64,000 nt of DNA from Camelus dromedarius (Eukaryota): NCBI RefSeq assembly GCF_036321535.1, contig NC_087436.1, positions 116,438,001 through 116,502,000 of the forward strand, given 5' to 3'. The notes below the pieces were generated by a model. It made no database searches. It was not told where the DNA came from and saw nothing but the letters and a program-made list of their open reading frames with translations. Each line of letters opens with the position of its first letter. The first letter of the stretch is position 1. Of the stretch, positions 24,441-36,004 are shown in pieces. The translations under genes and the position numbers were made by a program.

Positions 24441-25139
24441 AACCAAGTTGCACAATATTAAATGAAGGCAGAGTTAATTAATTCAACACTAACACACTGA
24501 CGCCAGGCCAAGATCTAGGTGCTGCAATTGCACAGGTGACCCAGATGGCCGTCACTCTGCTCGGGGTACAGGACGGAGGGAGTGAACAGGAGCTGAGGAG
24601 GCAGAGAGGGAACACATGACACACAAGTAACCTCAGAGAGGAAAGCAAGTCAATGAGACCCACAACAGGACACAGGGTCACTAGCATTTATAAGTGAAAA
24701 GGACAAAGACCTCAGAGCCGTACTAAATACTTCCTCACCCAGAGGGAGAGCAGCTTAATTTACTAAAGAACTCAGAATTCTAGGCAGACCCTAAGCTTGG
24801 GGCACAGATAAATTTATTTCTAGGAGAGCAGAATGTGAAAGGGGAGAACTTTGAATAACTATCAGAGAAAGACACAAGTTCACTTTTTTAAAGGGCAGGC
24901 AAAGGTGCTTGGAGGGAAGTGGCCTTTAGCTGGTACTAAATTCTCTTGTGCCATATTGAAGAGTTTCAAGCTTCTGGAAGCACACGTTGTGCAGGAAGGA
25001 AGGAAGAAATAACCAGAGTTTATCACCAAGGAACCACCCAGTCAAAGGATTTGCATTTAAATATCTCTGTGGTTGGTCCTTGGGCAATAGATGTAACAAC
25101 CAGTTAACCAGAGATGGTATCTGACCTGACAAGGCTGCT

Positions 25140-25346
25140 AAGTGCTCTCAACCAGAGGAGATTTTGTATCCAGGGAACACTTGTCAATATCTGCAAACAT
25201 TTCAATTGTCACAGCTAAGGGACGCTACTGACATCTGATGGATAGAAGTCGAGAATGCTGCAGAACTTACAACAATACACAGGACAGCCATCCACAAGAA
25301 AGTATTATCTGACCCCAAATGTTGATAGTGCTGAGATTGAAACCGT
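25140..25346. mobile_element. MER20 hAT-Charlie element
   Basis: agtgctctcaaccagaggagattttg...ctactgacatctgatggatagaagtc...acacaggacagcc...attatctgaccccaaatgttgatagtgctgagattga. Confidence 0.85.
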
Positions 25347-25497
25347 CAGGAGAGTCAGTGATGCTAGCCTTGACCCCTCAACTGCAAATTTAAGCTTATC
25401 TTCTTCTGTGTGTTCTCTGAGTGCCCAGCAAAAAGCCACAATGTATTAAGTGCTAAATAAACATCAACAATCATATGATAAATGCTGATCAAGGTAA

Positions 25498-25509
25498 TAT
25501 GACGTCATA
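25498..25509. promoter_or_regulatory. CRE palindrome tatgacgtcata
   Basis: Perfect 12-bp palindrome; motif match only, at a MIR edge. Confidence 0.3.
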
Positions 25510-26179
25510 GATAGAGAATAGGACTTGGAAGTAGATGCCCCTGGTTTTCAGTTATTTTACTACTCAGGTGACTTAGGGCGTACGGCTTGACCGCTCTGAC
25601 CTTCAGTTTTCCTGTCTGTCAAAACAAGCTGGATGTAAACGTTTCGCAGAGAGACACATAAAAAGCAGCCAATAGTGTAGGACATTGAGTAGATCCTCCA
25701 CAAATATTCTTTCTCACAACCCGCCTCCCCCTACCATTCACCCTAGTTGTTCAAACACCATCAAGTCACTCTATACACTTTCTAGTTTTGAATAAATTGA
25801 CCAGATTGCTTCCATTTTTTGGTAGATAGATATTAGTCCCACCCCCTAGTCATTTCATTTTCATGGGAATTTTTATTTATAAGAGTAGACATTAGAAAGA
25901 AAATGCAGATTTTAATTTCCAATACTTAACTTTTTAACAGTTAAAAAATTCTTATCAGTAAGTTCTTCAGAAGGAAGAAAAATCGGAATAAACAGAAGAG
26001 ATCATGCCATGAAAAACAGTGCTTCACAAATGGTAAAAATTAACCTTTGTAGGAGAGGTGTCTGTTTTTCCTTAAAATTTTATTCTCCCATTTGTTGGGC
26101 CAGTGAACTAACTAATGGAAAACTGAAGACAAGAGAATTTAAATGAGTCTAAGGAAATCTTACTACCTCAGTGTCTTCA

Positions 26180-26380
26180 TAGTAATAACAACAACAGTTA
26201 GAGTCAAGTTCTGCTCAGTACTCTGCTCAGGACACTTCGTTTTGTTAATCCTCACACCAACTTCACAAAACAGTTATTCTTCTCATTTTACAGACGGGAA
26301 AAGTGATGCTCTGTGACAGTAAGTGAGCTGTCCGAGTTCACTCAGCAAGAGCCAGAACAGCAGTGTTTAACGTACCACAT
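26180..26380 (-). mobile_element. MIR SINE
   Basis: ttaatcctcacaccaac...ctcattttacagacgggaaaagtga...agtaagtgagctgtccgagttcac. Confidence 0.75.
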
Positions 26381-26566
26381 ATTCAGACACCGATTCATTT
26401 AATGTTCATTAAAAATGCACATAGACAGCTTGGAAGTGCTTGCTTTTCTTCTCAGCTTTTCAAAGGAGGAACCAAAGACTCATATGACATCGTCCTTTCA
26501 AAATAATGTCAGTCTTAAGAGGCAGTCAAGATGGGTCAGTTCAATGTTCAGAAATAGAAAATCTGG

Positions 26567-26926
26567 GGGGAATTGTATAAAGGTGGTCAAAAGGTCCAAA
26601 CTTCCAATTATGAGATAAATAAGCATTGAGGGTAGAACATACAGCCTGCTCACTATAGGTAACACTGATGTACCGATGGACCGTATATTTGAAAGTTGCT
26701 AAGAGAGTAGATCCTGAAAGTTCTCATCACAAAGGAAAAAAAGAAACGTTTTTGCTTTTTGTATCAATCTGAGGTGCTGGATGTTAATTAAACTCATTGT
26801 GGTAGTCATTCCACAATATGTGTAAGTCAAGTCCCCACGCTGTACACCTTAAACTTACACAGTGCTGCACGACAATTATATCTCAATAGAGCTGAAAAAA
26901 ATAATAAGGAGGAAAAGAAAAAGAAA
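26567..26926 (+). mobile_element. L1MA-type 3' end (5'-truncated)
   Basis: aaggtccaaacttcc...tttgaaagttgctaagagagtagatc...tgtacaccttaaacttacac...aattatatctcaata, A tail; TSD aaaatctgg at 26558-26566 and 26927-26935. Confidence 0.88.
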
Positions 26927-27534
26927 AAAATCTGGATCTGAGGCCCAGCCGTGCTTTGGGAAAGCCATTTGACACCTCTGGCTTTAAATTCTGCATATGT
27001 AGAAAGGATACAAATAAGAGGTGTGGACATAATTCAACACTTTGCCTCCTTGGAACCTCCCACCAGCTCGCTAAGGTGATTGCAGCAAGGGCTCTTCACT
27101 GCAAGCCTGTTTCTTGCACAGATTCTGAATTCTTTAAGTCTGAGGAGTGCCTGCTGTTTTTCATTATATAATCTGGATGCAGGCAATGGCTGACACACAA
27201 TGGAGTTTCCATAAATGTCTGTTGGCTAAAACACTGTCCAATAAACATTTGGAAGAGAATGCTTCCCTCTTCACATCACATGGGCTATTATAGAAATTTA
27301 GTATCGTTTTCTGTTCGCTAATCAATCAAATAAATGGCCACCATTGCATCAGATGTCAATAAAACTATTTACATCAAAGTGATTCCTGAACTTGACTGCA
27401 CAGAAGGAAATGCAAAGATTAGCAATATGCCCATAAACAATGATGACCTGCTGATGGCAAATTGTGGTGAGCACTGTCCTAATAGAGTGCCCAGATACAA
27501 AACCCCGTGGCTCAAAATTCACTTATTGATTTGA

Positions 27535-28185
27535 ACTGACCCCTCTGTTGAACTTTAAACTCATACAGCCAATATTTCCATCTGGTTGTCTAATAGACAC
27601 TTCTAATTTAACACGTCCAAAACTCAGATCCCGATCTTTCCCTTGAAATCCACTCCTCCCCTAGGTGACCTCATCTCAATAAATGACAATTCCATTTATT
27701 AAGTTATCAGGGTCAAGAACCTCGGAATTATCCATAACTGCTCTCTTTTGATTAATACCACCTACATCCAATTCATCAGCTATGCTTTTGGGCTCACTTT
27801 GAAAATTGCCTAGAACATGACCATTTCTCTTGTCCGGCAAAACTATTGTTGGCTCAAGACATCCTCATATCTCTTCCACACTGTATTAAAACACCTAATT
27901 GTTCTCTGTTTGGACCCTTGCTTGTCTATAGTCTAAAAACTCGTTTTTTGTCTCTTCTGTCTTCTGATTCTCCCATATTTCAAAGCCTTACCCTTAGTCT
28001 GCTCCCACCTCAGCAGGCTTTACACCATTCCTCATATATGCCAGGCACACTCCTTTCTCTGAGCTTGTCTCTGCTGTTTTCCTAACCTTAGACTTGGGCT
28101 GTCCTGTTCATGCTGAACTCCTAGTGCCTGAAACAGTTCCTGATGCGTAAAAGGAACTCAATAAATGTGTGTTGAGTAAATTAAG
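27535..28185 (+). mobile_element. L2 3' portion
   Basis: atttccatctggttgtctaatagacacttctaatttaacacgtccaaaac...ctagtgcctgaaacagttcctg...ctcaataaatgtgtgttgagt. Confidence 0.8.
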
Positions 28186-28219
28186 TAGGCACTATGTAGA
28201 CTGATTTTATAATTGATGG

Positions 28220-30170
28220 CCATTCTTTTATTTGTTCACTCAACAAACTATTTGGGAACTACAATGTTTCAGATACTGGAAATAAATATGAAGGCAAGAA
28301 TCTTACACTGTGATATTTTTTATTTTTCAGAGAGATAGGCTTTAAACACACACATAGATGAATAGATAGATGATTGAACAAGTGAACATTCTGTATAATA
28401 TTAAGGTGGAAATAAAGGTGCATTGAGATAGGGGATGGGGGTGTTGCTGATAATGCATTTCAGCATTTAAGCAGAAAGCTTAATCAGGAGAAATAAGCAG
28501 TCACATGAAGAACTGGCATGAAACTCTCAGGCAGAAGAAAAGGCATGCACAAAGGCCCTGAGGCAGGAATTGATTTTATAATATTGTAAGGAGTGACTGA
28601 AGATGGATATGACTGACTATACTGAGTGAAGAAAAGAACTGTATGAGATGATGTTCAAAAATAAGGTAGGATCAAATCACATTGGGCTTCTCATAAACCA
28701 TGACACAGATTTTGGGCTTTATTCTAAGCACAAGGAGAAGGCATCGGTACAGGGCGTGGCATGGTTGGAATTACCTTCTCTTTTTTTACGATCACTTTTG
28801 CTGCTGTGCAAGACAAGGTTGAAACCATTAAGAGCAAGAATATAGGTCTTCTGTAATAAAGTTTCACAAATTCACTGGTTTAAACAACAAAAATGGATTG
28901 TCTCACAGTTCTGGAGGCTAGATGTCTGAAGTCAAGGTGTTGGCAGGATTGGCTTCTTCTGAGGGATCTGAGGGAGAATCTGGTCCAGGCCTCTTCCCTA
29001 GCTTCTGGTGGCTGGTTGGTGGTCTTCGGCATCTCTTGGCTTGTAGAAACATCACCCAGATCTCCGCCTTCATCTGCATTCTCCCGTGTGTGTGTCTTTC
29101 TCCAAATGCCCCGTTTTTATAAAGCAACAGTCGTATCAAATTAGCTTCCACCCTAATGACTTCACTTTAGCTTAATTACCTTTGCAAATACCCTATCTTC
29201 TGATAGGGCACACTTGAGGTTCTGAGGTGAGAACTTTACCATAAGAACTTTGGGGAGACACAAGTCAACCCATAACAGAAGGTATGATGGCTTGGATGAG
29301 TAAAGATGGGGAAATACCAGTAGAGTTTTGGAGGATGACATCCAGGACTTGCGGGTAACTTCAGTGTGACTGACAAGGAATGAGGAGGAGTTAACCTGAA
29401 TTGATATTTAATAATTGGTTTGAAAACAGTGTAGTTTCTGGGAAAGGAAAAGTCTGAAGTAGAAGCGGATGTATGTATACGTATGTGTGTGTAGTTTTTA
29501 GTTTTTCTTTTTTGTCTTTTGTGTGTTTTTTTTTTTTTTTGAGTAAGTGTGATTTGAAATGACTTTGAGATGTCTAAATAGACATGTAGGCAGTCAGACA
29601 TGTGAGTCTAGAGAGAAGTAATGAGGTGGAGACCTAAATTTACAGTCACCAAATGCAGACAGCATGCAAAGCCTTAGGATTTTGGTGTTACCTGGGAACG
29701 GAAGATCAACAAGGAAAGAAGCCCACGCCTGTGCCTGGAAGCCCTACAGAATTTATGAGTTGGGAGATAAAAGGAGTTTGCATAGGAGACCCATGAGGAA
29801 CAGCTGGTGAAGTGGGAAGAAAACCAATTTTCTTGTTCATATGGTGAGCAGGGAGAGAAGACCGCTTCCAGAAGAACAGAATGATGGGCTGACAAATACC
29901 CCTGAGAAGCAGAAAAGGGTAAGAAAAGGGTCCATGGTGCTTGGCAACAGGAATTTCATAGAGTCCCTGACATGGTGCTGGGACAAAAGGCAGACTGGAG
30001 GAAACCGATCTCACAGTAAGAAGGTGAAGCTCCTTAAAGTTGTTTTATGTGGATGGAACCAATTGCTGGAAGGGAAAATTGAGATCAAAAACTTTTTTTA
30101 GAAGAATCTTATATTCTAATGGAAGTAATGCACCATAGAAGGAAAACGCAAAGATGCTAGAGACAGCGTA
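28220..30170 (-). mobile_element. L2, split by MLT1C
   Basis: ttcactcaacaaactattt...tgcacaaaggccctgaggcagga...tttgaaatgactttgagatgtctaaatagacatgtaggcag...cttggcaacaggaa. Confidence 0.75.
28846..29278 (-). mobile_element. MaLR LTR (MLT1C-like)
   Basis: gtttaaacaacaaaaatggattgtctcacagttctggaggctagatgtctgaagtcaaggtgttggcagg...caacccataaca. Confidence 0.88.
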
Positions 30171-30619
30171 TCTCTGAAACAGTTACCACCATCCCCTAAT
30201 ACAGATGAGAACAACAAGGCTTTACGATGCTAAGAAAACCCTGACAGTTCACACAGCTGGTAAGTGATGCAGGCAGATTTCAAATCAGGCTCTGCCTTGC
30301 CCCAAAGCCACTGCTGTTTCTTCAATAACATGTAGTCTCTCTGAAATAAGCTGGTGCCCATCTAATGTCATTTTATCATTTTGTTTTCTGCAAGAAAATA
30401 TGTCACCCTATCTTCCTTCCTAGAGATTACCTTTTGAGTTTAGGAAATGCCTGAATTCATAAATTTAAACCACTCTAAACAAACATATCTTGCTATATAC
30501 ATTTGCTTTGAATGTTATAAGTAAAACTAAATGATGAAAAATTTGGACTCTTTTTTTTTAATATTCATCATTCAAATGTGTTTCGATTTGCTCCTCACCT
30601 ATTGTTTTTCAGTTTCTTT

Positions 30620-30782
30620 TATTTTTTACATATTTTATTGAAGTAGAGTTTATATACTATATGTGTTACAGGTGTATGATGTAGTGATTCACAATTTTTA
30701 AAGGCTCTACTCCACTTACAATTGTTATAAGATATCGGCTATATTCCCTGTGTTGTACAATATATCCTTGTAGTTTATCTGA
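30620..30782 (-). mobile_element. L1 3' end fragment
   Basis: ttttattgaagtagagttt...caggtgtatgatgtagtgattcacaattttt...ggctatattccctgtgttgtacaatatatccttg. Confidence 0.8.
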
Positions 30783-32436
30783 TATAAGTGTTAGAACACG
30801 GACCAAGCTTTCATGAAAAGAATGACGGACTTACAGTGAGATGCAAACTCAGATTTCCCACCACATGCCTCTACTTGCAGAGAGCAGGTGTGAACCTCTG
30901 TCTAAGAGGAGAAAAAAAGAATCTTGGAACAAACAGAAATACTTTGAAGGAGAGAAATTAAGCATAATTAGTCATCACAGATTCAGAATCAGAGTTTAAA
31001 AGGAAAACTAATGTTTTTTGGTTTTTTCTTCAAATAATATCTGGTAATAATATGGCTTTGAGAAACTTCAGAGGCAAGAGAAAGATAAAAATAATAGTTT
31101 TTCTCTATTTATAAATAGAAATGAATGCTTAGATGACGATTGCTGATAACACTTAATTAGGGACAAATTAAATTAATTTGTATTTACATTAAAGAGCATG
31201 TACTATTTTAACCTTTGTTTTAACTTGGATATAATCTTGCTTGAGAAGAAAAAACACAAGTTAATTAATACAAACTGTTTCTCCAATAAAGTTTTAATGT
31301 TTCAATTTAAAGAAACTAATAAGCACAATTGTCTTTCTAATTCAGATTTTCTCATTTTCCTTGTTTAGTAGAATGATTCCAAATCTTCCCTAAACTTTTA
31401 AAAATAGGATCTACATCTCCCTGGAGGAAGCTAAACAAAATTTTAGCCTAGAACCTAATCTCAATTTTGTTAAACCATTTTAATAATAAAAATTTTACAA
31501 GGGGTCAATATAACCCCCTTCACTTTCTCATAAATAAATCCTTTCAAGTGAATACCAATGATATGTCAAGTTAGAAAGTGGTACTAACAGCATCTCTAAT
31601 CCAAGAGAAATAAAATTCCCCTCTTTATAAATGTTGTTGTTTATTTTCTGGCTCTGTTTTTCCTGAAGAGTTTGGTGAATTCTGAGCTTCAGTTTCCTGT
31701 TTGCAAAAAAGAGGGAAAATTGTCCCAGCAACGTCTACCTTAGCAGACTGTTTTGAGAATTCAAATAGATAATGGATGAGAGGATACTTTTAATTCATCA
31801 CGACCATTAACTCCTGTGCTCATCCGTACAAGTGTCCATTTAGAACCAGGAGACTGTGGGTTTGTATTCACCATGGCAAGGTCATGTCTTATGCGCATTT
31901 CTCCTGTGAATGTGTTTACTTCAGGAAGTCATCTTGGGTTTACTGGTGACTACTGAGCACTCCAGTAGTTCCAGTCTTTAAGAAGATGGTCTGGTAACAA
32001 GAATAATGATTCAGAGGTTAATATATTTAAAATAAGGTAAATGAGAGCTTTTTTTTTTTTTCTTTTTTCAGAAAACCACTTTCTGAACACTATCCCAGAG
32101 TCCTCAGTTCTGAAAATTAGGGCAACCAAGAGCACACGTGTCAGAAGGTGCTTCCCTAATTCACCCTCTAGTTACCAAGAACTGGCTTTGGAAAACCATT
32201 TGTGGCCACAATCAGTTTCAAAACGGCTGGAAATGATGCTCATGCCTTCTTGAGGACAAGAGATGAGAGACTACCTCCCTGAGCCAAGTTTAAATATCCC
32301 TACGTGGCGATGGAGCTGCTGGCTGGTTACAGGACTTCGCTTTGGTTTGGTTTTTCATAATACAGTTGTCAGCTAAGGCCACCCTTTTAAAGTGTAAATA
32401 AAATCTATATGGAAGTCCCACATTTTGTGGGACTTC

Positions 32437-32754
32437 TGTCTCTGTTCATTTGGGATGCTATAACATACACCATAGACTGGTGGCTTATAAAAAACACAGA
32501 TTTATTTCTCACAGTTCTGGGAAGCTGAGCTCTGAGATCAGAGGGAGCTTGGTGAGGCAAAAACCCTCTTTCAGCTCACAGACTTCTCGTTGTATCTTCG
32601 CATAGTAGGAGCTCTGTGGGGTCTCTTCCAAAAGAGCACTAACCCCTTTCATGATGGCCCCACCCTCACGACCTAAGCATCTCCCAAAGGCCCCACCTCC
32701 TAATGTTAACACATTGGGTATTCAAATTTTAGAGGACACATTCAGACCATGGTG
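32437..32754 (-). mobile_element. MLT1A/A0-like solo LTR
   Basis: catagactggtggcttataaa...ccccacctcctaat...ttcagaccat; 5-bp TSD acttc at 32432-32436 and 32755-32759. Confidence 0.88.
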
Positions 32755-33249
32755 ACTTCCAATGCTCACCCCAAGAGTCCCATAGGCCGTTCACTCTTAA
32801 ATTCCTTAAGCATTTACATTCTTATTCTTTTGGCCATTGGCTCTCCTTTTGTGAATAACCACTCGAAACTCTCCTCTCTTTCCTGCTCTGAAAATTTTCA
32901 AGATAGGGAAATTATCTCCTTTGCTTTGAATTCAAACAACAATCATTCCCAGAATTTGCGATGTACTGTTCTTTAGTGAGCTTGGTGTGGAAAGCGTTTT
33001 CCTAGCTGTAAAACTCCCTCAGCCACACCACATGGCTAAGCCCTTTCTGTCCCTGAAGACTTTCCCACTTAGATTTTCTAAATTTATTATTCAGAACAAC
33101 TGTGCTCTTTTTTCGCCCTGTGTCCAGTAACTTATTCACGTGCTTTGTTAAAGCCAGCCTCCTCAAACCTGTCTCACCTATTTAGACTGATTTAAGTTTA
33201 CTTCATTGGAAATAGCAATCATCAGGAGCCCTATACCTTTAAAGGGTGA

Positions 33250-33487
33250 GATGTACTATTGTGGACCCTAGGGACAAAGCTGCACAGCACATCTTTAGAT
33301 CTCGCCTAACAGAAATTTTATACTCCTTGATTATCAATTCCCCAAACCCCCTAGACCCCAATGACCACCATTCCATTCTTTACACCTATGAATCTGACCA
33401 TTTTGGATACTTCATATATGTGGAATCATGTAGCATTTGTCTTTCTGTCATTTCACTTAGCACGACGTCCTCCAGGTTCATCCATCC
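33250..33487 (-). mobile_element. L1MA fragment (ORF2 end / 3'UTR)
   Basis: tcatatatgtggaatcatgtagcatttgtctttctg...tttcacttagcac...tccaggttcatccat. Confidence 0.75.
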
Positions 33488-33674
33488 TGCATCTCAACAT
33501 CAGTGGCCAAGAACGGTTGGCTGAGGTCTGACATGACAGTATTTTCTTTCCCCTTCCTCTCCAGGTCCTGTAAGTGGAGGAGAGCAGTACAGAGACTCAC
33601 TTTTCTTTCTTATATAAATGATCACAAACTTCTGTTTTCTTTCTCAGAGAAAAAAAATGATTTTAATCAATTTT

Positions 33675-33930
33675 AATCAACTCTTTAATTTTAGAATTTT
33701 ATTTTAGGTTTATAGAAAAATTGTGAAGACTGCAGAGAGTTCTCACATACTCTCCACTCAATTTCTCCTATATTAGCATCTTACAGGAGTACAGTGCATT
33801 GTCAAAAGCAATGAACTGGAATGGATACATTATTAGCTAAAGTTCATGCTTTATTCAAATTTCCTTAGTTTTTATTTGCTATCCTTTTCTATTCCAGGAT
33901 CTCATCTAGGATATCATATTATTCCAGCTA
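33675..33930 (-). mobile_element. L1MC/L1MB 3' end
   Basis: ttttaggtttatagaaaaattg...cagagagttctcacatac...atacattattagctaaagttca...ttccaggatctcatctagga. Confidence 0.75.
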
Positions 33931-34656
33931 ATTTTCATTTTGCATGAACACACAAACAAAAATTCTGATATATTTCACATTATGTTGTCTGGTTACCTAT
34001 TTTCCTAGTGACAACACGGGCCCGGAAAGCATGTAGGCTCTTTCCCACATACTTTTGATGGAGTTGAGGCTGGAGCATTTCCCATTTATTTTGATAATTT
34101 CAAACAAATATAAGTCTGGCCATCCTAAAGAGGAAGACAGAAAATTCCCACCATGACACTTGCAGCTAGGGTTGGGGCATTGCAACATGGTTTCTTTGGG
34201 TTGGGCTTGGGTTTGGAAATAACCAGTGCGAGGACATGACAAGTCTGGAGGCAGAGAATCCTTCAGGCATCCACTCACACACAGGTGCCAAAGTAAGGGT
34301 AGGATTCTTCCTAGAGAAGCCCTAGCAATGTGATTACACACTGTCCTTGACTGCACAGCATCAGAGGCCTACTCTCCATCCGTCAATACAGCGCAGTGTT
34401 TCTTAATATCCTTGAATAAGTTTATTTTCCATTTAACTGGTGGAGGGCTTCTAGTATTTGCAAATAAGAATTACGATCAATAAAACTAAGATTCTCAGAA
34501 AACCCTGTCTTGATTAATTTTATTTCTACTACATAATTGGTCTTTGCAAAATTTGATTAATAGCAAAATAGTGATAATTTTGAGTATTACATTCTTCCTT
34601 TTGGCTTCACTTAGCCTTAAAAATGTAGGAAAAAGGAAAAAAAAATGTTTGACATC

Positions 34657-35108
34657 TATATCTATTTTTTGGGGCTGCTATAACAAAGTACCATAAACTG
34701 AGGGGCTTAACAACAGAAATTTATTGTCTCAGGGTTCAGGAGCTTAGAAGTCTGAGATCAAGGTGTTGTCAGGTTTGCTTCCTCCCTTCTGCTGGCTGTG
34801 AGAGGTCATTTACTCCATGCCCCTCTCCTAGCTTCTAGTGCTTTACTAGCACTTTTGGGTGTCACTTGGTGTGTAGACACATCCCTCAATCTTTGCTTTC
34901 ACCTTCACGTGACATTCACCCTGTATTTGTGTGTCTGTGTCCAAATTTCCCCTTTTAATAAGCGATCAGTCATATTACATTAGGGCCTAACCTAAAGACT
35001 TCACTTAACCTGATTACTCTGCAATGACTCTATCTCCAAATAAGGTCACAATCTGAAGTCATGGAGGTTAGGACGTCAGCTTGGAAGCCCACAGTTCAAC
35101 CCACAACA
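34657..35108 (-). mobile_element. MaLR LTR (MLT1B/C-like)
   Basis: gggctgctataacaaagtaccataaactg...agaagtctgagatcaaggtgt...tatctccaaataaggtcaca...cagttcaacccacaaca. Confidence 0.88.
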
Positions 35109-35123
35109 GCGCCCCCAAGTGGA
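35107..35123 (-). promoter_or_regulatory. Candidate CTCF site
   Basis: Minus strand TCCACTTGGGGGCGCTG versus core CCASYAGRKGGCRS (one mismatch). Confidence 0.5.
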
Positions 35124-35768
35124 TGGGCAGCTTGTAGACACTTAACTCCTGCAGGGGCATCCTCTGCACCACTGGGGCTCTGAAGGGACGGAGAAACAGA
35201 CAGCCAGGTAGAGCCACAGCCTCTAACTCACCCGCCAAGCTGTAGGGGGTATTACGGCCAGAAATCAGTGAAGGAGCAGAGAGGCTGACTGATACTAGAT
35301 ACTATAGATGAGCCTGTTGTCACAAATCCAGATATCCAAGCAAATTTTGAATGGAAATGTCTCAAAAATTTAGAATCTAAATAGGCGAGTCATTTTGGCC
35401 CAAGTCACAATGAGTCAAAACAAGGAGCCATGGACTTGTTATTGAGAAGTTTGTTTCAACTTGGGGTCCTTTGTGAATTTCCTGTCAAGGAACTGGAACC
35501 TAGATCAGGCTTTGGACAAGGCAGGGGCTCTCTGCAGGTGATAATGACATCAGGAGGCCTTCCTACCTTCCAAGAGAGAAACCAGTCGCTTTTTACGACT
35601 TCCTCCCTTCTTCCACGCGGCACTGCACCTAATCAACCGCCAAACCTGTTGTACCACCTCTTTGGTATCCCTTGTGGTCATTCTTTCCTTTCACACTCCT
35701 GCTGCCATTGCCGTATTGCAGGCAGTCCTTCAATATTCAAACAGAGAAAATAACCGTATTTAAGAATC

Positions 35769-35996
35769 AGAATAGATAGACAGAATTATACTGTATAGCA
35801 CAGGGAAATATACACAAGATCTTCTGGTAGCTCACAGAGAAAAAAATGTGACAATGAATATATGTATGTTCATGTATAACTGAAAAATTGTGCTCTACAC
35901 TGGAATTTGACACAACATTGTAAAATGATTATAAATCAATAAAAAATGTTAAAAAAAATAAACAAATAAAGTGGGTTTCCTAAAAAAAAAAAAAAA
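35769..35996 (+). mobile_element. Young L1 3' end with double A-tail
   Basis: Same 3'UTR as the copies at 47.8, 53.2 and 54.0 kb; TSD aagaatc at 35762-35768 and 35995-36001; TTT/AA endonuclease-like site. Confidence 0.9.
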
Positions 35997-36004
35997 GAAT
36001 CTGT

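Noticed and set aside
33661..33680. Tiny duplications (ttttaatcaa x2; also ~4925-4955, ~51245-51268, ~54420-54440)
   Set aside because: Ordinary slippage events
34000..34485. Possible old LTR
   Set aside because: LTR-like 3' end, but family and boundaries could not be supported
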